Virus record (IMG/VR): IMGVR_UViG_3300047557_000938
Span: 1-53,480 of that record
DNA: 53,480 nucleotides
Source: a virus
Lineage: Duplodnaviria > Caudoviricetes
Direction: 5' to 3' (one strand)
Both the position numbers and the translations under genes were made by a program. Each line of letters begins with the position of its first letter. The stretch's first letter is position 1. Under the pieces are notes generated by a model that was given only the letters and a program-made list of their open reading frames with translations, was not told where the DNA came from and did no database searches. Below are positions 44,921-53,340 of the stretch, piece by piece.

Positions 44921-46609
44921 ATGGATCTCTTAGACAAGATCAACTCGCTCACGGACGATCAACTGCAAATGATCGCCGAGCGGGATGATGCGTCTGGGGT
45001 CCTGGCTGCCTATCGGTTGTCTGAGATTCGGGGGCTGCCGTATCCCGACCGTTCCACCGTAGTGCTAGGGGAGGGGTATGCAATCGTGGCTCAAGGGGGA
45101 ATGATTAGCCGCATCCCTATTGACGGTGGCGTTAGCAAGATTATCCGCGAAGAGGGCGGCAACTATTGCGTGTACTCAGAGGATGGATCGCGTTCATTTG
45201 GCTGCTATCCAACTCTGGTCGAAGCCGAGAATCGACTTCAACAGATTCACTACTTCGAGATTGAAGACTCCACGGACAAGGCTGAGACGTATTCGCCGCC
45301 GGAAGATGTGCAGGAGGCAGCGCAGCGAGCCGTTGATTGGATCGCGGAAGGCCATGCGGGTTCAGGCTTCACGGATGTGGGTCGCCGTAGAGCGTCGCAA
45401 CTTGCCAACGGTGATGCCGTGTCGGAGGAAACTATTCGCCGCATGAGTTCATACTTCGCTCGTCATGAGGTCGATCAGCAGGCCGAGGGTTGGAATCTAG
45501 GCGAAGAAGGCTTCCCGACCCCTGGACGTGTCGCATGGGACGCGTGGGGTGGCGATCCCGGGAAGCGTTGGGCCGACTCGATCGTGGAGCGACTGGAGCC
45601 TAAGCAGGCGTGTCCTGTCGCCACACAGAACGTGACCGTGAATCTTATGAGGCGGCAGACCGCTATCGACGTGGCGGATTACGGGCCCTTGAACCCTGCC
45701 GAGCCGAACGACGAGTATTGGGAGCACATCGCGGAGTATTTCGAGACCTCTGCTGACGAGGCTCGCAAGAGCACATGCGGGAACTGCGCCGCCTTCGACA
45801 TGACTTCTCACATGCAGGAGTGCATCGCGGGCGGGATCGAAGGGGAAGGCGGAGACTCCGAGGACCCTTGGGATGTTATCGAGGCCGGTGATCTCGGCTA
45901 CTGCCGTGTGTTCAAGTTCAAGTGCGCGGCGGCTCGTACTTGCTCCGCGTGGATCGCTGGCGGCCCCATCACCGACGAGGACATTCAAGAGACGAGGGAA
46001 CTGAGCAAGGCCACGTTTCTTCGTAAGCAAGCCGAGCAACGTTTCACGCTAGGCCCGTTGTATGTGCCGGACTTCATGGATGCTCACGGGGAGTGGACGG
46101 ACTCTCACGAGTTGCAGACGGCTGTGTGGGGCTGGGTGCGTGGAGGCGACCGCCGTATCTTCCTTCAACACGACACGGATGTGGTGGCTGGCGAGTGGGT
46201 TGAGGTCATGACGATGCCTCAGCCGTGGACGGTGAACATGCTTGGTCCTAACGGCGAACCCATTGGTGAAGTCACGTATCCCCCGAACACCGTGTTCCTT
46301 GGAGTGATCTGGAATGAAGAAGCCTGGGAGTTGGTGAAGCGAGGTGAACTTCGCGGCTACTCCATCGGAGGCTTCTCGGACAGAGTGTTCGCTGAACTGC
46401 CAGAGGACGGGATACGCGACGGGGTAGACATGCCACGGAGCGAGCCTGTCGATCTAGCGAAGTCAATCGCGGAGGCTGTTGCGGCTGCCATGAAGACCGC
46501 GCAACCCGTCGTGAACGTTGTTCTGCCAGAATCTAAGGCTACAAAGGTGCGACGGATCGAACGAGACGAGCATGGCAACATCGCTCGCATCATCGAGGAG
46601 GACGAGTAA
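44921..46609 (+). CDS. Multidomain capsid maturation protease (C-terminal XkdF-like domain)
   Basis: LYVPD..DAHGE, LQH, VKRGELRGYSIGG. Confidence 0.75.
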   Translation: MDLLDKINSLTDDQLQMIAERDDASGVLAAYRLSEIRGLPYPDRSTVVLGEGYAIVAQGGMISRIPIDGGVSKIIREEGGNYCVYSEDGSRSFGCYPTLVEAENRLQQIHYFEIEDSTDKAETYSPPEDVQEAAQRAVDWIAEGHAGSGFTDVGRRRASQLANGDAVSEETIRRMSSYFARHEVDQQAEGWNLGEEGFPTPGRVAWDAWGGDPGKRWADSIVERLEPKQACPVATQNVTVNLMRRQTAIDVADYGPLNPAEPNDEYWEHIAEYFETSADEARKSTCGNCAAFDMTSHMQECIAGGIEGEGGDSEDPWDVIEAGDLGYCRVFKFKCAAARTCSAWIAGGPITDEDIQETRELSKATFLRKQAEQRFTLGPLYVPDFMDAHGEWTDSHELQTAVWGWVRGGDRRIFLQHDTDVVAGEWVEVMTMPQPWTVNMLGPNGEPIGEVTYPPNTVFLGVIWNEEAWELVKRGELRGYSIGGFSDRVFAELPEDGIRDGVDMPRSEPVDLAKSIAEAVAAAMKTAQPVVNVVLPESKATKVRRIERDEHGNIARIIEEDE

Positions 46610-46965
46610 TGGCGGGTTTAGTAGACGCAGGCGAACACCTGATGCTGAATGGATTAGCGGGCGGTGTCACGTTCGTTTCTCTTCACACGGCTGATCCAAG
46701 CACGGGTGGCTCGAGCGAGGTGAGTGCTTCGCCATACACGCGCGAGGCTGTGTCATGGGCCGCCGCTGCTTCTGGCTCTGTGAAGTCAAACGCTCAGATC
46801 GTCTTCGATGTTCCAGGCTCAACGACGATCACTCATTTGGGTTACTGGTCCGCCAGCACGGCTGGCACCTTCTATGGTTCGCGGGCTTTGGACACTCCGC
46901 AGACTTACGCCACGGTTGGCACCTACACAATCGCTAGTGGGAACATAACCGAAACTGTGTCGTGA
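46609..46965 (+). CDS. Small virion structural protein
   Basis: VSLHTADP...YTREAVSW...ITHLGYW; TAATG coupling. Confidence 0.65.
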   Translation: MAGLVDAGEHLMLNGLAGGVTFVSLHTADPSTGGSSEVSASPYTREAVSWAAAASGSVKSNAQIVFDVPGSTTITHLGYWSASTAGTFYGSRALDTPQTYATVGTYTIASGNITETVS

Positions 46966-48266
46966 CGTATTGGGTTGCCCTAGACCCAAGCCTTGAATGG
47001 GGCGAGGGATCTGGCTCATGGGCGTCGCCTTCTCTCACCCCTCGATACAACAAACCTTCTTTCGTTGAGGTCAAGGCTTCCACCACATTCGATTCCACGT
47101 CAGCCTCATGGGTTGTCTCCTGGCCGATACCGTATGGCGTATCGCCGATCTACTCTCAACTGTCGAGCGAGTATTCAACCTACGGTGATCTGAAAGCGGC
47201 AAGCGTCACAAACTACGCGCTCCGTGAAAGCCAGCCGCCCTACTACATCGGGCGCACCTACATAACACTCGCGGGCTTGTACGCCACTTACGGCGACATG
47301 CAAGCACCACTCGTCTACACCGATCTCACTCGCAGCCTGCAAGCCGACGGCATCGTAAACGGCAACGTCACCTCGAGCGGGTCCGTCATCGGCATAAGCC
47401 TTATTCAACTCTCGGGCTCCGTCTCCGGCTCCACTTTGTCCACAGGTTTCATCACGGGACAAGTCGGCTTCAATGGCAGCACCACAGGCAGCGGGGTCTC
47501 GTCGGGCTCACTTGTGGGCACGCCCGGCTATCAAGGCTCAACAAGCGACAGCAGCGTCAGTTCAGGCAGCGTTCTAGGCGAAGTCGGATTCACCGGGTTC
47601 ATCGTTGGAGCAGTCACGTCCACGGGGTCGGTTACTGGTGGTGAAGGCAACACAGGGTTCGTCTCCGGCTCCGTAACCAGCACGGGTGTGGTCATAGGTT
47701 CGCCGCAACTGTCTGGCTCCGTGATAGGTGATTCCACATCACAAGGCTTCACTCAGGGTCAAGCGAACAGGGAAGGCTTCATCTCCGGCTCCGTGTCGAG
47801 CGCGGGAACAGTCGTCGGCGGGGAGGGCAACACAGGCAGCGTCAGCGGCTCCACAACAAACACAGGAGCCGTAACGGGGACGGCGGGCTATCTGGGGAGT
47901 GTTCAAGCCGTTGAGGTCTCCACAGGCCTCATACAAGGAAAGATCAACGTCCTTGGAACCGTAACGGGAACCACTAAGAGCAGCGGCACGGTGATTGGAA
48001 CGGGCGGCGAACCTCCCGCACCGCCGAGCCCCACACCATCAGGTCAAGGCTACGCCTGGTCGTTCAGCGGCGACAGCGTGCCGATCACAGACTTCTTCGG
48101 CTCCATATCAGGGCAAATAACGTCCTCGGGAACCATAATCGGCACGATCGGTGTGATTGGCGGTGCGATTGGAACCACTATCTTGACAGGTGAGATGAAG
48201 GGCGGAACAAAGAGGCTCCGCGAGGACGACGATCTTGAAGTCCTCTCCGCGCTCGGGTTGCTCTAA
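46962..48266 (+). CDS. Ser/Gly/Thr-rich repetitive virion (fibre-like) protein
   Basis: About 21-residue repeats G.VSGS..S.G.V.G. Confidence 0.65.
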   Translation: MTYWVALDPSLEWGEGSGSWASPSLTPRYNKPSFVEVKASTTFDSTSASWVVSWPIPYGVSPIYSQLSSEYSTYGDLKAASVTNYALRESQPPYYIGRTYITLAGLYATYGDMQAPLVYTDLTRSLQADGIVNGNVTSSGSVIGISLIQLSGSVSGSTLSTGFITGQVGFNGSTTGSGVSSGSLVGTPGYQGSTSDSSVSSGSVLGEVGFTGFIVGAVTSTGSVTGGEGNTGFVSGSVTSTGVVIGSPQLSGSVIGDSTSQGFTQGQANREGFISGSVSSAGTVVGGEGNTGSVSGSTTNTGAVTGTAGYLGSVQAVEVSTGLIQGKINVLGTVTGTTKSSGTVIGTGGEPPAPPSPTPSGQGYAWSFSGDSVPITDFFGSISGQITSSGTIIGTIGVIGGAIGTTILTGEMKGGTKRLREDDDLEVLSALGLL

Positions 48267-48275
48267 ACTTGGCGC

Positions 48276-48476
48276 ATGACAAAGATTGTGCGAGCCGGGA
48301 CCGCATTGAAGGCGTTGATCGACGGACGTATCAGACACGTCATTGTTCAAACTGTCACGGATCAAAACAACATCAGCGTGAGACTTGGAACGAACGAGTC
48401 AGATAATCCAACCATTGTGAACGCGGATCGCACGGCCTCAACTAAGACTAGAGGCACGCTTTTCGTGGAGGAGTAG
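48276..48476 (+). CDS. Small leaderless hypothetical protein
   Basis: TAAACT 48264-48269 six bases before ATG. Confidence 0.55.
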   Translation: MTKIVRAGTALKALIDGRIRHVIVQTVTDQNNISVRLGTNESDNPTIVNADRTASTKTRGTLFVEE

Positions 48477-48486
48477 GCCCCAACCG

Positions 48487-48606
48487 AAAACGGGCAAATC
48501 GGGCAGGATCGCCCCCTAGAAATCGGGCTAAATCGGGCATTCCTTGAATGTTGTTGCCTAAGGGCTCCCCAGGCGTGATGCTTGTTTCAACGGGTCGAGG
48601 GGCCCG
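48487..48606 (+). promoter_or_regulatory. Island promoter P6 with four AAAWCGGGCW boxes and GAGG-loop hairpin
   Basis: Boxes at 48487, 48496, 48520, 48530; TTGCCT-N17-GATGCT; CGGGTC-GAGG-GGCCCG. Confidence 0.7.
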
Positions 48607-48622
48607 AGAAACGAGGGGCAAG

Positions 48623-48772
48623 ATGAAGTACTACGGCAGCAAGGCTGAGGCCTTTCAAGCAGGCCGTGAGAGCGGCGAGACCTTCAAGGTCTACCGCGAG
48701 GTCCGGAACATTCCGGCAAGTGGACACAACAAGCCGTACACCTTGGTTCGCTACTTCGTGAAGGCGGCCTGA
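48623..48772 (+). CDS. Hypothetical protein
   Basis: GAGGGG RBS; first gene after P6. Confidence 0.55.
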   Translation: MKYYGSKAEAFQAGRESGETFKVYREVRNIPASGHNKPYTLVRYFVKAA

Positions 48773-48912
48773 CATGAGCCACCTGATCGAAGCCGACTTC
48801 ACATCCGAGTTAGGTCACCAGATTGTGGTCATCACTTGTGTTGAGCGAGGCGTGAGTGGAATCGCTGACGACCGTGGCCGGTGCATCTACTGCAATCTTG
48901 AGGTGGGATGAC

Positions 48913-49212
48913 ATGAGCGACTTCAAGTGGGCGCAGCGCATCAGCAGCGAGGAAGAGGTCGTTGATCGATTCCTCTACGAGGGCACGGTCAAGCCCGAGC
49001 CAGCCAGCGACGGCGATCTTGAGACTGCTATCGAGTGGCTTGCCCTGTACGGGGCTGGCACCGAAGAGGAGGCTCAGGCTTACGCGAACGTGATCGGGTT
49101 TCTTGAAGGGCAGTTGCAAGCAAGGGCGAAGCGTCGCCGCACTAACGATCTGAAGAGGGCTTACGCCCAATACAACGGGGTCTCATTCAAACAAGTACGA
49201 ATCAAGAAATGA
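48913..49212 (+). CDS. Hypothetical protein
   Basis: GAGGTGG RBS; MSDFKWAQ... Confidence 0.6.
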   Translation: MSDFKWAQRISSEEEVVDRFLYEGTVKPEPASDGDLETAIEWLALYGAGTEEEAQAYANVIGFLEGQLQARAKRRRTNDLKRAYAQYNGVSFKQVRIKK

Positions 49213-49220
49213 GGGGAATA

Positions 49221-49469
49221 ATGTCAAAGGGTCTGGAAAAAGAAGCAGTTTTGTACGACGTAGTGGTTGCGCAAATAAACAAGCAGGCATTACGGGATCT
49301 CATGCTTCAACTTGCCCACTGCATCACCGAAGAAGAAACCAACTTCATTGTTCGGGTTATCCGCAGCGAAGACGGCACAGCAAGGGCAAATCTAACGTTT
49401 GATGGTGGCATGGGCGTGACTATCCCTGTCACAGATCAGAGAGTCGTGATCGCATGGGAAGAGGTCTGA
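49221..49469 (+). CDS. Hypothetical protein
   Basis: GAGGGG RBS. Confidence 0.55.
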   Translation: MSKGLEKEAVLYDVVVAQINKQALRDLMLQLAHCITEEETNFIVRVIRSEDGTARANLTFDGGMGVTIPVTDQRVVIAWEEV

Positions 49470-49792
49470 CTATGGACATGACCAAGGAAGAGATGTTGAA
49501 GCGATACGAGGTGCTGGGTTTCGCGCTCGGCTACTGCATCGTGCGCGACAAGGCATCAGGGCAAGAGGGAACACTTGAGTTCTACCAGCAAGGCGACACC
49601 CGCTACTACCACCACTTTCAATCGGCCTGAGGAGGAACATCATGCGTATCGGAACATGGACATTGACCAAGCGTGGCGAGACAGTTCTCGCCTACGCAGC
49701 GACCTTCGTGATGCTGCTTGTACTAGGCTTCGTGGGGTGGCTTGAAAATCTCGGCATGTGAAACTCGCAAGCCGAAGCCCTAAGGAGGGGAC

Positions 49793-50110
49793 ATGAAGAA
49801 GATCACGGCACTAGCGGCAGGAGTGGGGATCGCGCTCGCGCTCCTATTCGCTCCACCAGCGCAAGCAGGGGTACGGGAGGACAAACTCTTCTACTCCCTG
49901 GTCACGGGTGATGCTCCCACCTTGAAAGGTGTGAGTCGCCAGCAACTCGTGAAGACGGCGAAGGAGACATGCAAGTTTCTTCGCGCTGGCTTCACCATCA
50001 TGGACGCCTACGACATGATGGACGAGTCAGGGTTTACCAACAAAGAGATCACCGTGTTTCTTGCTGGGGCTGTTGTCTTCTACTGCCCTGACCAGGAAGA
50101 TAACTACTGA
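49793..50110 (+). CDS. Secreted DUF732-like protein
   Basis: Signal peptide ending AQA; D..F...AKETC..L..G...FLAGAVVFYCP. Confidence 0.7.
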   Translation: MKKITALAAGVGIALALLFAPPAQAGVREDKLFYSLVTGDAPTLKGVSRQQLVKTAKETCKFLRAGFTIMDAYDMMDESGFTNKEITVFLAGAVVFYCPDQEDNY

Positions 50111-50118
50111 TCCAAACT

Positions 50119-50186
50119 CCTGGCTCGACCCCCTCGTAGAGTCAGGTCCGACCCCCGTCGCTCCCCCCGTGCGGCGGGGGTCTTTC
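50119..50186 (+). terminator. Two C-rich-loop hairpins, the second an intrinsic terminator
   Basis: CCTGGCTC-GACCCCCTCGTA-GAGTCAGG; 12-bp stem 50150-50161/50171-50182 then TTTC. Confidence 0.7.
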
Positions 50187-50245
50187 TATGCCCACGAGCC
50201 CTCTGACACACTCATGTATGATTGGGGGAAACGTTGGAGGTGCAT

Positions 50246-51094
50246 GTGCCGCGTAAAGCCCCAAAGATGACCAATCTGATCATCGACGAGACAAGCGGCG
50301 TCGATCATCCGGCTCACTTGCATGAGGGCTGGCTCGTGGTCAAGGCATCCAACGCGGCGACCGTGGCAGACGTTCTCAAGACTCTGCCTGAACCGATGGA
50401 GGCAAGCATGAGTGAAGCCACGGAACCCGTGGACGAGCAGGTGAAGGCCATGGACGAGGAAGAGTCCAAGATGGATTCTGAGCCTGAGATGAAGCAGGTG
50501 GAAGAGGAACTCGCGATGGCGCACGCCCGCATCGCGGAACTCGAAGCCCGCATCTCTGAACTTGAAGCAGCAGAGAGCGAAGACGAGATGGAAGACATGG
50601 AGCCCATGGAAGGCATGGACGACATGGAAGAGTCCCTCAAGTCCATCGCGAAGGCTGCACCCGAGCCGCTGCGAAAGGCTCTCGCTGAAATGGCGAAGGC
50701 TAAGGCTGAGGCACAAGAGGCCCTCGTAAAGGAGCGCGAAGAGCGCGCCGATGAGGCCGCAATCGCGAAGGCCCGTGAGACCTTCAAGCATCTTGCTCTT
50801 GACCCCGAGAAGGTCGGCCCGGCTCTTCGTCGCCTCGCGGCGATCGACGCCGATCTGGCTAAGTCCGTGGAGGACGCTCTGACGTCGGCTGACGCGCAGA
50901 ACGAATCCGCTGACATTTTTGTCGAGGTCGGCAAGGGCTTCGCCCTCAAGGGTGACGCCATTAGCAAGATGACTTCCCTCGCCAAGGCAGCGGTGGACGA
51001 GGGCAAGGCGGCAACCATTGAGCAGGCTCTTGCTCAGGTCGCCATGGAGAACCCTGCCCTCTACAACGACTACCTGATCGAGAAAGGAGCCTGA
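50246..51094 (+). CDS. Capsid scaffolding protein
   Basis: SGVDHPA N-terminus, acidic Ala/Glu coiled coil, ENPALY C-terminus; precedes capsid genes. Confidence 0.75.
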   Translation: MPRKAPKMTNLIIDETSGVDHPAHLHEGWLVVKASNAATVADVLKTLPEPMEASMSEATEPVDEQVKAMDEEESKMDSEPEMKQVEEELAMAHARIAELEARISELEAAESEDEMEDMEPMEGMDDMEESLKSIAKAAPEPLRKALAEMAKAKAEAQEALVKEREERADEAAIAKARETFKHLALDPEKVGPALRRLAAIDADLAKSVEDALTSADAQNESADIFVEVGKGFALKGDAISKMTSLAKAAVDEGKAATIEQALAQVAMENPALYNDYLIEKGA

Positions 51095-51097
51095 GAC

Positions 51098-51496
51098 ATG
51101 GCTTTCGAGTTCTCAAATGCGGCGGTGAAGACGACCTTCACCGCAGGCGAGGACCTGTCCTCAAAGCAGTACCACTTCGTCGAGATCGACAACGGCAACG
51201 GAACCGTGAAGGCCGTGAACTCGGCTACTGATCGCCCGATTGGTGTGCTGCAGAACGCGCCCACCTCGGGCCAGGCCGCCGAGGTCACCATTGTTGGTGG
51301 CACCAAGGTTGAGTGCGGCGGCTCCGCTTCCGCAGGCCAGGCTCTCTTCGCGTCAGCCTCAGGCACCGCCGTGACTCTGGCATTCGGCACCACCGCGTCG
51401 GCGGCATTCTCCGTCGGCACTTTCATTCAGGCGGCCGCCGCTGGAGACATCGGAACCGCCGTCATCGATTGCGCCAACGCGGCGCGTGGCCTGTAA
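51098..51496 (+). CDS. Capsid decoration / cement protein
   Basis: AGEDL...IGVLQNAP..GQAAEV; between scaffold and major capsid. Confidence 0.7.
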   Translation: MAFEFSNAAVKTTFTAGEDLSSKQYHFVEIDNGNGTVKAVNSATDRPIGVLQNAPTSGQAAEVTIVGGTKVECGGSASAGQALFASASGTAVTLAFGTTASAAFSVGTFIQAAAAGDIGTAVIDCANAARGL

Positions 51497-51510
51497 AGGA
51501 GTAGCGCACA

Positions 51511-52488
51511 ATGCCACAGCCCACCCAATCACAGGTGCATGTTGATGCAATCCTGACCAACATCTCGGTTGCGTACATGCAGCGTGCGGAGAACTTCATC
51601 GCGGACAAGGTGTTCCCGGTGGTTCCCGTCGACAAGCAGAGCGACAAGTACTTCACGTACACCAAGAACGATTGGTTGCGTGACGAGGCTCAGGTCCGTA
51701 CAGATGGCACCGAGTCTGTCGGCTCCGGCTACAACATCACGACCGACACGTACTACGCAGATGTGTACGCGATCCACAAGGACATTGGCGATCAGACTCG
51801 TGCAAACGCCGACGCTCCCATCAACGTGGACCGTGAGGCTGCAGAGTTCGTGACCCACCGTCTGCTCATGCGCCGCGAGATTCAGTTCATGAGTGACTTC
51901 ATGACGGCAGGCGTTTGGGGCACTACCGCTTCTGGTGTCGCCTCGGGCGCATCGAGCGGGCAGTTCATTCAGTGGAATGACTACACCAACTCCGATCCCA
52001 TCGAGGACATTGAGGCTGGCAAGGCTGGCATCCTGTCCGTGACCGGCTTCGAGGCCAACACCCTCGTTCTCGGATACGACGTGTTCCGTCAGTTGAAGAA
52101 CCATCCTGATCTGGTGGATCGCATCAAGTACACCTCTTCCCAGACGATCACTGAGGACATGCTTGCTCGCATGTTCGACATTGACCGCGTGCTGGTGTCG
52201 AAGTCCGTGAAGGCCACCAACAAGGAAGGCCAGACCGGGACGTACTCGTTCACCACGGGCAAGACTGCGCTGCTGTGCCACGTCGCTGAGGCTCCTGGCC
52301 TGCTCACCCCGTCGGCTGGTTACACGTTCTCGTGGACCGGTGTGTCGGGTGGTTTGGGTCAGACCATCGGCACGAGCACGTTCCGTCTCGAGTCGCTGAA
52401 GGCTACTCGCGTGGAGGCCGAACTCGCTTTCGACAACAAGGTTGTCGCAACCGATCTCGGTTACTTCTGGAACAACGCGGTCGCCTAA
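51511..52488 (+). CDS. Major capsid protein
   Basis: HVDAILTNISVAY, FPVVPV, SDPIEDI, PSAGYTF, GYFW; strong RBS and biased codons. Confidence 0.92.
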   Translation: MPQPTQSQVHVDAILTNISVAYMQRAENFIADKVFPVVPVDKQSDKYFTYTKNDWLRDEAQVRTDGTESVGSGYNITTDTYYADVYAIHKDIGDQTRANADAPINVDREAAEFVTHRLLMRREIQFMSDFMTAGVWGTTASGVASGASSGQFIQWNDYTNSDPIEDIEAGKAGILSVTGFEANTLVLGYDVFRQLKNHPDLVDRIKYTSSQTITEDMLARMFDIDRVLVSKSVKATNKEGQTGTYSFTTGKTALLCHVAEAPGLLTPSAGYTFSWTGVSGGLGQTIGTSTFRLESLKATRVEAELAFDNKVVATDLGYFWNNAVA

Positions 52489-52511
52489 GACCACAACTAA
52501 ATAACCCGCTG

Positions 52512-52544
52512 CGGGGGTCACTCACTTGAAATGGGTGGCCCCCG
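52512..52544 (+). terminator. Hairpin after the major capsid gene
   Basis: 13-bp stem CGGGGGTCACTCA/TGGGTGGCCCCCG; TAGACT at 52574 follows. Confidence 0.6.
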
Positions 52545-52597
52545 AAGCATTAGTTAGGCGCGTTCGCGCACGTTAGACTTGTGCAAGGAGGCGAGTT

Positions 52598-53011
52598 ATG
52601 ACTTTCACGTATTCTGGGAATCCAGGTGCATCTACAAGAGATCTGGTTCGTTTCTTGATCTCTGACACAAACTCTGCTGATGCTTATTTTCAGAACGAAG
52701 AGTTGGATTACCTCATTACGATTTGGGGTAATGGCTACACGGCTGCAATCGAGGCTGTTCGTACCCTTATCGGTCGTGAGGCGAATCTGTCGTCTACAAG
52801 CAAGAAGGTTGGCGATCTATCTCTCACCACCGTGAAGGGTATGTCTGTCACTAAGTGGCTTGAACTTATCAAGCAGTTGGAGACGGCTCGCTGGAATCTG
52901 TACCCGGCTGCGCCGGTGGTGAACCCGAACGCGATCCTGCCGACGGATGAAGGAATCGTGGAAGGGGAGGGCACCGACTTCTATGTGGGCCAGATGGACA
53001 ACAACACCTAA
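52598..53011 (+). CDS. Head-to-tail adaptor
   Basis: VRFLISDT...EELDY, KVGDLS; follows capsid gene. Confidence 0.75.
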   Translation: MTFTYSGNPGASTRDLVRFLISDTNSADAYFQNEELDYLITIWGNGYTAAIEAVRTLIGREANLSSTSKKVGDLSLTTVKGMSVTKWLELIKQLETARWNLYPAAPVVNPNAILPTDEGIVEGEGTDFYVGQMDNNT

Positions 53012-53340
53012 TGGCTATCGAATCTGATTACAGGGAACTGTTCTCCGAGACGGTTACTTTGTACCCGTATGCCAGCGTGGACAAGTACGGGAAGAGGTCA
53101 TTCACCGCATCGGCGAGCGTGACGGCGTGCGCGCATCTTGTGTCAGAGGTCTCTCTTGCTCGCGATCAAGACGGTCGCGAGGTGGTTGAGATGGGTCGCG
53201 TGTACTTGTACGGCACATTCCCGGTCACCACGGACTACAAGATTCAACTAGCAGACGGCAGCAGTCCTGTCATCATTGGTGTGGATCAGCCACACGACGA
53301 GAATGGCGCTCATCACACGGTGGTCAGGATCGGCCGATAA
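53011..53340 (+). CDS. Head-to-tail stopper / closure protein
   Basis: DKYGK, RDQDGREVV, KIQLADG; TAATG coupling. Confidence 0.7.
   Translation: MAIESDYRELFSETVTLYPYASVDKYGKRSFTASASVTACAHLVSEVSLARDQDGREVVEMGRVYLYGTFPVTTDYKIQLADGSSPVIIGVDQPHDENGAHHTVVRIGR

Noticed and set aside
51529-52521. 330-aa minus-strand ORF
   Set aside because: Antisense shadow of the codon-biased capsid gene; no motifs or RBS
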